DNA from: Phaeosaccion multiseriatum
Lineage: Eukaryota; Protista; Ochrophyta, other classes
NCBI GenBank assembly: GCA_965112735.1
Contig: OZ218961.1
Location: 1,488,001-1,552,000 of the forward strand
Length of the DNA: 64,000 nucleotides
Reading direction: 5' to 3'
The notes beneath the pieces were generated by a model, which worked only from the letters and a program-made list of their open reading frames with translations, did not search any database and had not been told where the DNA came from. This document shows positions 13,401 through 27,800 of this stretch, one piece after another. Position 1 is the stretch's first letter. Each line of letters starts with the position of its first letter. Position numbers and translations under genes: made by a program.

Positions 13401-16400
13401 AGGGAGGGAGGGAGGGAGGGAGGGAGGGAGGGAGGGAGGGAGGGAGGGAGGGAGGGAGGGAGGAAGGGAGGGACTGAGTGGCGAGTGGCGAGGGAGAGAC
13501 CATAGGCAAGGCAGGGTAAGGTAGGGCAGGGCACGACGGGGGTAAAGTAGAGTAGAGGAGTTGGTGATACAGACCAGGGCAGGGAGAGCAGGGGGGTGGA
13601 CACGTGTCAGGTGGAATAATTGGCAAAGGGAGCAAGCGTCTTGGCCGTTCCCCTGACCCTGCCCTCCCTCCCTCCCTCCCTCCCTCCCCGGCTCCCTCCT
13701 CCTCCCGCTCCTCCTCCCTCAAAAAAGCCTCATGCGGTGCGTGGGCCTGCTTCGACGAGTTCAACCGCATCAACATTGAAGTGCTCTCCGTCATCGGACA
13801 ACAGATCGCCACCATCCAACTGGCACTCAAAGCAGGAGACACCACGCTGCATTTCGAAGACTCCAACATTAGCGTTCGGCCCGGGTTTGGCGTGTTCATC
13901 ACCATGAATCCGGGCTATGCCGGGCGATCTGACTTGCCCGACTCACTCAAGGCTCTATTTAGACCTGTGGCCATGATGGTGCCTGACTATGCCCTCATTG
14001 GAGAGATCATGTTCTTTGCCTACGGGTTTGGAGACGCCAAGGCTCTTGGAGCCAAGGTGAGGGAGGGTGGGGTTGAGGGGGGGGGGGGGGGGGAAGGGGG
14101 AGGGGTGTGGGGGAGGGAGAGCAGGGAGGACTCTGGAATGACTGACTCTGAGAATAGTCCATGGGTCGATCCCCCCCCTGCCCCTCCTCCTCTCATCCCC
14201 TCCTTGCTCCCTCTGCCCCCCCCCCTCTTCCTCCTCTCCCCCCTCTCCCCTCTCCCTCCCTCCCTCTTTCTTTCCCCTCCCCCCATCTTCCTCCTCCCCC
14301 TGCTCCCCTCCCCCCCCCTCCCTCCTCCTCCCCACTCACAGATGGTGACGACCTTCAAGCTGTGCTCTGAGCAGCTCTCCGCCCAGCCTCACTACGACTA
14401 CGGAATGCGTGCAGTCAAGACCGTCATCACCGCCGCCGGAAACCTCAAGCGAGCAGAGCCCAACGCCGACGAGATGGTGGGTCAATCCTCCTCCTCCTCC
14501 TCCTCCTCCTCCTCCTCCTCCTCCTCCTCCTCCTCCAACTCCTCCTCCTCCTCCTCCTCCTCCTCCTCCTCCTCTGCTCCTCCTCCTCCTGCTCCTCCTC
14601 CTCCTCCTCCTCCTCCTCCTCCGCCTTCAATGAAATGAAATGAATTGAATGAATTGCTGAACCAACCAACTGTCCACACACCAAACCAACCAACCACCCA
14701 ACCAACCAATATCTGTACCCAGAAAGACATGCTACACACAGAGATTGACTGACACTCTAACGCCAACCCATGGCATCCCATCACATCCCATTCAACTGAA
14801 AATGTAACACAACAACACTATAACAACACCACAACAACACCGCAACAACAACACGCCTACGACACAGGTGCTGCTGCTGCGGGCTCTTCAGGACGTGAAC
14901 TTCCCAAAGTTCCTGGAGATGGACTTGCCCCTGTTCGAGGGCATCATCTCCGACCTCTTCCCGGGCAAGAGCAGGCCTGTCCTGGACTATGGAGAGTTCA
15001 CCAGGGTAAGTCAGTGGGAAGGTGCTATGTAAGGCTTATGTAAGGCTTATGTATGGCTTATGGGAAGGTTGCGTAAGGATCATGACGAGTTCAACAGAGC
15101 CTGAGGGTGTGGGGGTGTAGACGGTGTCGGGGGCATGCGAGAGCCCTGGCGAGGGCCTTGGACTGATCATCAGAGTTGGGGAGATGCATGCTTGAGGATT
15201 GACGATGCCCTACCCGCTCTGCCAGGCCAAAGCACGGCTCTCACCCCTTGGTGCTGCCCTCTCCCTCCCGTCCCTCCCTCCCTGCCTTCCCTCCCTCCCT
15301 CTGTATCACCAACAGGTCATGAAGTTGTCCCTGCAAGACGCGGGCCTCCAGCCGCACTCCTTCTTCACCACCAAGGTGCGCTCATTCAATGACTTAAAAC
15401 ACACTAACAGCACTCATTCAATGACTCATTGATGTACAACACACTTCCTTGACTTACTGCAACCAACAGATTATCCAGCTGTACGAGATGATCGTAGTGC
15501 GGCACGGGCTCATGCTCGTAGGACCAACAGGGGGTGGCAAGAGCTCCAACCTCCTCGCGCTGAAGGACACACTCACCAGGCTCAAGGGACTTGGGGTGGA
15601 GGGGTTCGGATACGAAAAGGTACGCGCGTGTGTGTGTGCGTGTGTGTGTGCGTGTGTGCGTGTGTGTGCGTGTGTGTGCGTGTGTGTGTGCGTGTGTGGG
15701 TGTGTGTGTGCGTGTGTGTGTGCGTGTGTGTGCGATGTGTGGGGTGGGGTAGGGGTTGTTGGTGTAGTGTACAATCAACCACAAGAGGCTGTGAGGTGTG
15801 TGTGGGCTGCCCCACTGCCCCACTACAACCATTGACACTCTTCATTAACTTTGCCTATACTACACCATTCGCTGACTTACTGACTTGCAACAGGTGGTGA
15901 CGTACCAGCTCAACCCCAAGAGCATCACAATGGGGCAGATGTACGGAGAGTTCGACGCCAACACGCACGAGTGGCAGGTGGGTGCCTGCCTGCCCTCCCT
16001 TCCCGTATGCCTGCCTATGATTGCTTCTTTCCCTTCTGCCTCTACTTGCTCTCTCCTGTCTCACCGTTATGCCTCTACTTGCCTCTCTCCTCTCTCTCAC
16101 CTTTCTCTCTTTTTTCTCTCCCCGTTCTCTCTTTCTCCCTCGCCCTTCTCTCCCTCTCCCTCTCCCCCTCTCTCTTTCTCATTGCTCTCATATAATTCTC
16201 TCTCTCCCTTTCTCTCCCTCCCTCCCTCTCAGGACGGCATAATGTCAACAATGTACAGACTGGCCTCCTCGAGCCCCACCAAGGACCGCAAGTGGGTGTT
16301 GTTTGATGGGCCTGTCGACGCCATTTGGATCGAGAACATGAACACGGTAAGGCAAGGGTAAGGTGGGGGTGCGGGCGGGGATGCTACCCACCCACTGACA

Positions 16401-19400
16401 CACACACAAACATACGCATACACAGGCAGACACACACAACTGCATACGCATACACAGACAGACACACACACAAACATACGCACACACAGACACACACATA
16501 CATACGCACACACAGGCAGACACACACACATGCATACGCACACACAGACACACACACATACATACGCACATACAGGCAGACACACACACACACATACTCA
16601 CTCTCATACACACACCCACCTGCTGTGTCACCAACGTATGTGTCACCAACATATGTGTTACCAACTTGTGTATTATGTAATGTAGGTGCTGGACGACAAC
16701 AAGAAGCTCTGCCTCAACTCCGGTGAAATCATCAAGATGAGCCCCGAGATGACCATGATGTTCGAGGTAAGTCAATGAATGATTGGTACAGAGTCAGTCA
16801 ATGAATGAGACGAGCCCGAGGTGACCGTGAGCCCTCAACAGGTAGAGGACCTGAGAGTCTGTCTGTGGCCTCCCCATACGCCTCTAACTACCCTCCCTCC
16901 CTCTCCCTCTCTCCCTTCCCATGCGCTTCCAACTGCTGTATCACCAACTGCTCAACCCATCAGGTGGAGGACCTGGCTGTGGCCTCCCCTGCCACCGTGA
17001 GCAGAGTGGGTATAATCTACATGGAGCCCAAGGGGCTGGGGCTGGACGTCCTCTTTCAGTCTTGGCTGGACAACCTGCCTGTGGCACTGACCACCAGGGG
17101 GGGAGGGGAGGGAGGGGCCAAGGGGAACAGCATTGCGCTTGTGAGCACGCAACTGAGTATGCTGCTGGACATCTATCTCGGGCCTGCCCTGTCCTTCTTG
17201 AGGCAAAATATGAAGGAGATGGTACCCACGCAGGTGAGAGAGAGGGAGGGGGGGAGAGGGGAGCGGGCTAGGGGGAGGTAGGGAGGGGGAGTGGAGTGGA
17301 AGGGAGGGGAGGGGAGGGGGGTGGAGGGAGGGAGGGGGAGTGGAGTGGAGGGGAGGGGAGGGGGGAGGAAGGGAGAAAATGCTCCCGGCTGAGGAAAGGA
17401 GACGCATCATGCAATCACAAGCAGCACCCCCTCACAACACCCCCTAACAACACCCGCAGTAACCACGCACGCACGCACTCACTCACTCACCCACACGCAC
17501 ACACGCACACGCACACACGCACACACACCCACACACGCACGCACAGGACAACAACCTTGCTCAGTCTCTGATGCGCGTGCTCGACTGCTTCCTCGAGCCC
17601 TACCATGAGGTGGAGGGGAGGCCCGGCCCTGACGCCAAGGCCGTGCAGAAGCTCCAGCACAACATCGAGGCCATCTTCCTCTTCACGCTCGTGTGGAGTG
17701 TCGGATGCACCTGCGACGACTTGGGACGCAAGAAGTGAGTAAGGGGTAGAGGGGTGGACGGGTGGACGGGTGGAGGGGGATGCGCTCTGGCTCTCTTCTC
17801 TATTACTTTCTGTTTCTTTTGCTGTTCATCTCTTTGTCGCTCTAACTCTCTCTCTCCCTCCCTCCCTCCCTCCCCACCTCCCTCCCCCTTTTCTCTCCCC
17901 CCCCCCCTCTCCCCCGTCCACCCCCGCACTCCCTCTCCCCTCTCCCAGATTCGACCACTGGCTCCGCTTCGAGATCACCGCTAACGCCACTCACTGGCCC
18001 TTCCCCCCCGAGCTGTCGGTATATGACTACGTGTTCGATGCCGAGAAGGTATGTCGAGGGTATCGACGCAGTATGTCGAATGTATCGATATAGTAGGTCG
18101 AAGGTATCGATGTACTATATGGACCAAGGCCACACCACACTGGGACTAACACTTCCACTCCCGCTCACACTCACACTCAGACTCACACTCTCACGCACAC
18201 TCACACTCATACTCACACTCACACTCACACACACACACTCACACTCACACTCATACTCACACTCACACTCACACTCACACTCACACTCACACTCACCTCA
18301 CACTCACCTCACACTCACACACACACTCACACTCACACTCACACTCACACTCACCTCACACTCACACTCACACTCACACTCACACTCACACTCACACTCA
18401 CACTCACACTCAGACTCGCACTCACCTCACACTCACACTCACTCTCACACTCACACTCACACTCACACTCACACTCACACTCACACGCACACTCACACTC
18501 ACACTCACACTCACACTCACACTCACACTCACACTCACACTCACACTCACACTCACACTCGCACTCACCTCACACTCACACTCACTCTCACACTCACACT
18601 CACTCTCACACTCACACTCACACTCACACTCACACTCACACTCACACGCACACTCACACTCACCTCACACTCACACTCACTCTCACACTCACACTCACAC
18701 TCACACACACACTCACACACACACACACACTCACACACACACTCACACTCACCTCACACTCACACACACACACTCACCTCACACCCACCCACACACTCAC
18801 ACTCACACACACACTCACACTCACACTCACACTCACACACACACTCACACACACACTCACACTCTCACACACACTCACACTCACACACACACTCACACAC
18901 ACACTCACACTCACCTCACACTCTCTCACACACACACACTCACCTCACACACACACACACACTCACACTCACACACACACTCACACTCACACACACACTC
19001 ACACACACACTCACACTCACACTCACACTCACCTCACACTCACACTCACACTCACACACACACTCACACTCACACTCACCTCACACTCACCTCACACTCA
19101 CACACACACACACACTCACACTCACACTCACACTCACCTCACACTCACACTCACTCACACTCACACTCACACTCACACTCACACTCACACTCACACTCAC
19201 ACGCACACTCACACTCACCTCACACTCACACTCACACTCACACTCACACTCACACTCGCACTCGCACTCACCTCACACTCACCTCACACTCACACTCACA
19301 CACACACTCACCTCACACCCACACACTCACACTCAGACTCCCCTTCCTCCTCCCCTGTGCATGTGCAGGGCGACAAGAACGGCGAGTGGGTCAAGTGGAT

Positions 19401-22400
19401 GGACACCAATGCGCCCTTCGCTGTGGACCCCAAGGTCAGTCAGTCAGTGAGGGCAAACGTTCGACATCGTATTCGATATCGCACTTGATATCGCACTCGA
19501 TACCATCGATAGCTGAATTGGTGTTGGGGGTGGATATGAAGGCATATTAACTGGAACTGCAAGTGCAAATGCAGCCACACCTCTGCTCTACTCTGCCCCT
19601 CCCCCTACTGGGGCCCACTCACTCACCCACTCCCTCACTCACTCACTCATTCACTCACTCAGTCACCCACTCACCCACCCACTCACTCACTCACGCACTC
19701 TCTCAGTCCCTCACTCCCTTTCTCACTCAGTCCGTCACTCCCTCACTCACTCAGTCCGTCACTCCCTCACTCACTCACTCACCCCCTCACTCACTCACGC
19801 ACTCTCTCACTCCCTCACTCCCTCTCTCACTCACTCCGTCACTCCCTCACTCACTCAGTCCCTCACTCACTCACTCACTCACCCACTCATTCACTCATCC
19901 ACCCACTCATTCATCCACTCACCCACCCATTCGCTCACTCCCTCGCTCACTCCCTCACCCACTCCCTCCCTCACTCACCCACTCACTCACTCATCTTGTC
20001 CGTTCCTCAGGTGGCGTTCAACGAGGTGGTGGTGCCGACGGTTGACTCGGTGCGCAACACCTTCCTGCTGGACCTCCTCCTCAGGCACGACAAGCACGTG
20101 CTCATGTGCGGCCCCACAGGCACAGGTAAGTCAATGGGTGTGTCTCACCACCCTGTATATATACACACACATATATATATAATATACATATATATATATA
20201 TATATGTGTGTGTGTGTTATGTATATTTGTGTGTGTGATAAAGAGAGGCCGCTTGTGAGTTGCCTTTCTGCCCCGATATGCTTCATGTCTTCTTCCCAGG
20301 TCTGCCTGTCTGCCTGTCTTTCTGTTAACCCTTCCATCTTCCTTGCCTTCCCTCCCCTCCCCTCCCCTCTCCTCCCCTCCCCCCCCCGACCCCCAGGCAA
20401 AACCATCAACATCTCCCAGTACCTCACCGGACAGACGTCCGTGGGAGGCCGCACCATCGACAGCTCCATGGTGCCCTTCACTATCACCTTCTCTGCTCAG
20501 ACGAGCGCCAACATGACGCAGGACATGCTTGACGCAAAGATGGAGAAGAGGAGGAAGGGTGTGTTCGGGCCTGCTAGTGGCAAGCAGTTTGTCGTCCATG
20601 TAGACGACCTCAACATGCCGAAACAAGGTCAGTAGAGTAGAAAGGAAGGGTACTAAGTCAGTGGGTAGGAAGGGAAGTAAGTCAATGGGTGGGAAAGGTA
20701 GTAAGGGGGTTGGGTGGCAGTGTATGGCAGCATGGCAGAGGGTGGACCGGCGCTGAATTAGGCATGTCGCCACGCATTGGACCTCACTCACACACACACA
20801 CACACACTCACGCACACACACACACATAACAAAACAAAAACACCCCCCCTCACACACTCTCTCTCACACACCCACAGAGACGTACGGAGCTCAGCCGCCC
20901 CTAGAGCTGCTGCGGCAGTGGTTTGACCAAAACGGCTGGTACGATCGGAAGGAGCTCACCTTCCGCCGCATCATAGACCTCACCATGGTGTGCAGCATGG
21001 GACCGCCGGGGGGGGGCAGGCAGCATATCACAGGGCGCTTCGTGAGGCACTTTAACGTGATTGGGTACAACAACATGAGTGATGGAGATAAGAGCACCAT
21101 CTTCACCGCCATTCTTGACGCCTTCTTGGGAAATGGCTTCGACAACAGCTGCCAGCGGCTCAGGTGCGTGAGGCGCGGATGGGAGGGAACAGGCACAGCG
21201 CGTGCGTGAGACGCTTCGACAGACCCGTTTATCTTATCGCATCATTCTTTCCCTTCTCCTCCCTCCTTCTCTCTCCTTCCCCGTCCCTCCTCTCTCTCTC
21301 CTTCCCCTTCCCTCCTTCCCTCCTTCCCTCCTTCCCTCCTTCTCTCTCTCTCCCTCCCTCCCCTCCCTCCCTCCCCCACTCCCCTCCCTCCCTCTTAGCT
21401 CGTCCATCGTGGCTGCCACCCTTGAGGTGTACAACACCATCGCGGAGGAGTTGTTGCCCACACCCTCCAAATGCCATTACACATTCAACCTCCGTGACCT
21501 CGCCAAGGTATCGAACCACTGCCACGAGTCGCTTTGGTTTGAGGGTTTGGTAGCGAACCACTGAGTCACTGAGTCGCTTTGGTTTGAGGGTCTGGGATCT
21601 CGCTGTCCGCATCGATGTCCACTAGAGACTCAATCATTGACTATTGACGACGTACATATGTACTAACGGGATGTTTCTTGACACAGGAATGAGTGACTTA
21701 AGACTGACCACCGTGCCGTCTTCCTCCCACTAACTCACTGACTTATTGTCGAATGACATACAGGTGTTCCAGGGCCTCCTGATGAGCAGCCCGAAGCTCG
21801 TGCAGACCCCCCAGCAGCTTGTGCGGCTCTGGGTGCACGAGGGGAAGCGGGTGTTCGAGGACCGATTGGTGACGGCCGACGACCACGCCTGGTATATGAA
21901 GATGGTCAGGCGCATCGTGGAGGGGGAGAGGTTCAACATGAAGTGGGACGAGGTAAGGAGGCATGAGGAAGGGGTCACAGGGTTGTTGCTGCTGCTGTTG
22001 TGGTGGTGTTGGTGTGTTGTTGTTGTGTTGTTGTTGTTTGGGTCCTTTTTTTGCTTTGTTGCCTATCGTCTGCTGCTTGCGCGCTCTCATGCCCAGTGAT
22101 CAAAGCTCATACACACACACATTAACACACACACACATACACACACATACGCACACACACACATACGCACACGCATATATGTATATATATCCCTATAGGT
22201 GGTTCCTCCCTCGAGTGGGCGCCTCATCTTCGGGGATTACATGGTGCCGGGGGCAGATCCGGCCCTGTACGACGAGGTAAGAGGGGACAGTTTCAGCTTC
22301 AGCTCAGACCACTGTCAGTTTCAATTTACAGGCCCTCACGACCCGATAAAACTGAGTGACACCGATCAACGACACTCTCTCACTCTGTCTGTCTGCCTAT

Positions 22401-23599
22401 CCGTCTGCCCACCTCTCTCTCTATCCCATCAACATATCTACCTATCCATCCCATCAATCTCTCTTACCTGCCCATATGCCTGTCTCTGTCTCTGCCTCTC
22501 ACTTACTCACAGGTGAGCGACATGGACAAGCTCAAGTCCCGCGTGGATGAGTACCTCTCTGACCACAACGCCGAGAGCAAGACGCCCATGCCCCTCGTCA
22601 TGTTCCTCGATGCCATCGAGCACGTCAGCAGAGTGGCCAGAGTACTCCGGCAGCCCCTAGGCAACGCCTTGCTGCTCGGGGTGGGCGGCAGCGGAAGGCA
22701 GTCCATGACCAAGCTCGCCACGTACATGGCCGGCTTTGACCTCTTCCAGGTGTGGAGGGGGTGGGTGGGTGGGTGGGTGGGTGGGTGGGTGGGTGGATGC
22801 GGGGGTTGCTGCTTACTTAAGCGCTCACTTAAGCGCTGGTCCGTCCGCTGCCATGGCACCATCCACCCCCTCTGCGCTCCCCACTGCCATCTCATCCCCC
22901 TCCCTGTTCCCCTCTCCCCCTCTCCCTCTCCCCCTCCCCCTCCCCCTCCCCCTCCTTCTTCCTCCTCCGCTGCCATCCCATCCCATCCATCTCCACCTCT
23001 CGCTCCCTCCCCCTCTCTGCCCCTCTCCTCCCTCCACTGCCATCCCTCTCCCCGGTTCCGTCCCAGGTGGAGATCTCCAAAGGCTACGGGGTGGCGGACT
23101 GGAGGGAGGATGTCAAGAAGTGCTTGCTCAACGCTGGGGTCAAGGGCCGGCCTACTACCTTCCTCTTCTCCGACGTTCAGGTATTGTTGGCGTGTGTCGA
23201 TGTCCTGAATGTGGTATCACTGTCGATGTCGAGGTCCACAAACTGAGACTGAAGAACTGAACCTGACGATACGTTGTCGCTGCAACACAGTCATTCACTT
23301 GACATTTGACTCACACGCATGACATCACTTGACATTCACTTTGGCACAACTCACAGGTGATCGACGACGTGATGCTCGAGGACATCAACAACGTGCTCAA
23401 CGCCGGAGATGTTCCCAATCTGTACCTGCCGGAGGACATGGAAGCAATCATGCAGGCGTGCAGAGCGGATTGCACCAAGAGGCGCATACCGCCCACCAAA
23501 CTCAACATCTTCTCGCAGGTGTCTTGGTGGGAGGGAGGAGTTGGGGGGGGTTGGTTGGTTGGTTGGTTGGTTGGTTGGTTGGTTGGTTGGGTGGGTGGG

Positions 23600-23630
<31 letters not shown>

Positions 23631-24782
23631 TTGGTTGGTTGGTTGGTTGGGTGGTTGGGTGGGTGGTTGGGTGGGTGGGTGGGTGGGTGGTTGGTTGGTT
23701 GGTTTGCTGGTTGGTTGGTTGGTTTGCTGGTTGGTTGGTTGGTCGGTTGGTTGGTTGGGTGGTTGGGTGGTTGGGTGGTTCTTGCTGGATGAGGTGCGTG
23801 GCTCGCTACCCTTTCACTGACTGGCGGTGTTTATCTTCGTCTCTTCTTGTCTCTTCTTATCTCTCCCTCTCTCCCTCACCCCCTTGTCAGTTCACCGTTA
23901 CTAACCAAGTCTCTCCCTCCCTCTGCAGTACATCAACCGGGTCCGCTCGAACATCCACATGGTGATCTGCATGTCGCCAATTGGAGATGCCTTCAGAGAC
24001 CGCCTGCGCATGTTTCCCTCCTTGGTGAACTGCTGCACCATCGATTGGTTCACAGAGTGGCCGGCAGAGGCCCTGCAGGTGAGTGAGTGAGGGAGGGAGT
24101 GAGAGAGTGAGGAAGTGAGGGAGTGAGTGAGTGAGTGAGTGAGGGAGGGAGGGAGTTAGTGAGGGAGTGAGTGAGTAAGTGAGTGAGTAAGTGAGTGAGT
24201 GAGTGAGTGAGTGAGTAAGTGAGTGAGTGAGGGAGTGAGTGAGTGAGGGAGTGAGTGCGTGTGTTTTCCCACTGGAGAGCTGTGACAGGTACACAGTGGT
24301 GCGCATGTTTAAAAGTAAGTCGCGCTCTATCGCTGACTGGCACCCCACTCCTACCCCTCCCTCCATCTCCTCCCCTCTCTGCCTCCCTCTCCCTCCCTCC
24401 CACCAAACCAACAGGGGGTGGCGAACTCCTTCATGACAGAGTACGACCTTGGCTTGGGCGAGCACACCGAAGGAGTCGTGGCCATGTTCCGTGTGATCCA
24501 TCAGAGCGTACAAGAGGCGTCAGCGGAGTACTTTGACGTACTGAGGCGGCAGGTGTGGGTAACGCCCACTTCCTATCTCGAGCTGCTGTCCTCCTTTAGG
24601 AAGCTGCTGGGCTTGAAGCGGACGGAGGTGGAGCGCAAGAGGGGCAGGCTGCAGGTGAGGGAAGGAAAGGTTGGGGCGGTGACGGAGAGAGGGAGGGAGG
24701 GAGGGAGGGAGGGAGGGAGGAGGAATGCGGGGAGTGGAGAGTGGGGGCTGTCTGCCTGTCTGCCTGTCTGCCTGCCTGTCTA

Positions 24783-24816
<34 letters not shown>

Positions 24817-24850
24817 TACCTGTCTGCCTGCCTGCCTGCCTGCCTGTCTA

Positions 24851-24894
<44 letters not shown>

Positions 24895-27800
24895 CCGGCC
24901 TGTCTGTCTGTCTGTCAGCCTGCGATGATCTCCTGTGTTGACGGGCCTGTCTGCTCGTGCGCCTGCCTGCATGCCCATATGCCTGTGTTGATGTGCCTGC
25001 CTGCCTGTTGTCCATATGCCTGTGCTGATGTACCTGCGTCCCTGCACGCCTGCCTCCCCATATGCCTGGCTCTAGGTGGGGCTGGACAAGCTGTCGGCTG
25101 CCAAGGAGGTGGTGAGCAGCCTGCAGGAAGAGCTCACAGTGCTGCAGCCCCAGCTCGTGGTGACCATGAGGGAGGTGGAGGAGATGATGGTACAAATCAA
25201 CCTCGACAAGGAGGAGGCGGAGGAAGTGCGGGTCAAGGTGGAGGCGGAGGAGACAAAGGCCAACGAAAAGGCCGCCGCCACAAAGACCATCGCAGACGAT
25301 GCTCAGCGAGACCTCGACGAGGCCATTCCTGCCCTCGAGGCGGCGGTGGCGTGTCTAAACTCGCTCAAAAAGGGCGACATTGACGAAGTGAAGAGCCTCA
25401 AGACGCCCCCCAAGGGCGTGAAGCTCACGATGGAGGTGTGCTGCCACATGTTTGAGATCAAGCCGAATAAGGTCAAGGACCCGGAGTCCGGCAAGAAGGT
25501 GAGGAGGGGAGAGGAGGGGAGAGGAGGGGAGGGGAGGGGGGGAAGGGGTAGAGGAGAGCAGTTCGGGTTTCAGTTCAGTGTTTGGTGCATTGGACCCCCG
25601 ATGTATCTCACTCTCGCTTCAGAGCCAAACTCAGCGTCAAGCTGCCGGAAAGGCGAGGGCAAGCCGCTAGTTGCTACTTTGTGGGCAAAGCTATCGTACC
25701 CGATATCTCTCCTTTTGGGTACTCGATCTGCTCACCTGAAACTGGAACTGCAATGGCAACTCCTTCTGTCTGTCCTCACAAGGTGGATGACTATTGGGAG
25801 CCTGCCAAGAAGCAGCTGCTGATGGACAGCAAGGGCTTCATGGACTCTCTGGTCAAGTTCGATAAGGACCACATCCCGGACAGGGTTATCAAGAAGGTAA
25901 GGGGCTAGCATCAGTAGAGGGGAGATGTGAGGTGTCACTTCTGATGTCTTCGCTTGGTCTTGGAGAGAGGGGCTCTTCCCTCAGTGCTGATCAACTCATT
26001 CACCCCTCCCACCCGACTCGCCGGCCTCCTCCCTGCCTCCCTTCCTCCTTTCCTCGCTCACTCACCCACACCCTCACTCACCCACCCTCCTCTCCTCCCT
26101 CCCTCCCTCCCCTCCTCTCCCCTCCCCTCCCCTCCCCTCCCCTCCCCTCCCCTCCTTTCCTCGCTCGCTCACCCACACCCTCACTCACCCACCCTCCTCT
26201 CCTCCCTCCCTCCCCTCCTCTCCCCTCCCCTCCCCTCCCCTCCCTAGATCGAGCCCTTCATGGACAACGAGGATTTCACTCCCGCCTCAATCGAAAAGGC
26301 CTCGAAGGCGTGCACTGCCATCTGCATGTGGGCCTTGGCGATGCACAAGTACCACTTTGTTGCCTTAGGGGTGGCCCCCAAGAGGGCTGCGCTGGCAGAG
26401 GCGTCGGCCGAGTTGGAAGAGGTCATGATTCAGCTTAATGATGCTAAGGCGAGGCTGCAGGCTGTGCAGGACAAGCTGGGGGGGCTCGAGAAGGGGTGAG
26501 TCGGGGGGCGGGGTGGAAGGGGTGAGGAAGGAGGGGGAGACAAACAAACAAACACACAAACAAACAAACAAACACACAAACAAACAAACAAACAAACAAA
26601 CAAACACACAAACAAACAAACAAACAAACAAACAAACAAACACACAAACAAACAAACAAACAAGCAAACAAACAAACAAGCAAACAAACAAACAAACAAA
26701 CAAACAAACAAACAAACAAACAAGGGGAAGATAGAAGAAAGAGAGGGGGGAGAGGGGCGGACAAAGAGAGACGAGACGAGTGGACTGGAGAGAATGAGGA
26801 GAGAGACATACGTGTGTGCTTGTGGGGACCCCCATGCTTCTCACGCCCCTGCCCCTCCTCTCCCTCTCTCTCTCTATCCCTATCTCTCTCTCTTCTCTCT
26901 CTCTCTCTCTCCGTACCTCTCTCTTCCCCCCCCCCCACTCCCTCTTGCTTGCTCAGCTTCAACGACGCAGTGACCAAGAAGCAAGCCCTCGAGGACAAGG
27001 CCGCTCGCTGCAAGGTGCAGCTCGTCAACGCGGAGAAGCTCATCGGAGGCCTCGGGGGAGAGGAGGCACGTTGGAAGGAGACCGTCATCACCCTCACTGA
27101 GGCGTACACGCAGGTGAGGGAAGGAGGGAGGGAGGGAGGGAGGGAAGGAAGGAGGGAGGGAGGGAGGGAGGGAGGGAGGGAGGGAGGGAGGGAGGGAGGG
27201 AGGGAGGGAGGGAGGGAGGGAGGGAGGGAGGGAGGGAGGGAGGGAGGGAGGGAGGGAGGGAGGGAGGGAGGGAGGGAGGGAGGGAGGGAGGGAGGGAGGG
27301 AGGGAGGGAGGGAGGGAGGGAGGGAGGGAGGGAGGGAGGGAGGGAGGGAGGGAGGGAGGGAGGGAGGGAGGGAGGGAGGGAGGGAGGGAGGGCGGGAGGG
27401 AGGGGAGGGAGGGAGGGAGGGAGGGAGGGAGGGAGGGGAGGGAGGGAGGGAGGGAGGGAGGGAGGGAGGGAGGGAGGGAGGGTGAGAGGCAGTGATACGT
27501 CTGTGCGGAGCTGCTCTCCCTCTCCAGAGGAACCCAAGCAAGTTCTTCTCATCGGCATTGTGATACCTACTAAACTGAAAGTGAAACTGAAACACACCCT
27601 AAAACCGAAACTGAAACACACACCAGGTGGTGGGGGATGTGGTGGTGGCTGCAGGAACGGTGTCCTACCTCGGACCGTTCGTGGCGAGCTACCGCAACAG
27701 GCTTGAGCACACTTGGAGACAGGCGCTCGTCAAGGCGAACGTGCCGCACGCGGAGGGGACGGAGATGATCAAGACGTTAGTGGACCCTGTCAAGCTCAGG

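Noticed and set aside
13000-13905. Long PPSL/GGRE, LTHS, CLPA, QTNK ORFs on both strands (also 26444-27621, 30659-31417, 36979-37962)
   Set aside because: Stop-free microsatellite translations within introns.
18023-19450. 475-aa His/Thr/Ser-rich ORF
   Set aside because: Translation of the (ACACTC)n array inside dynein intron 37.
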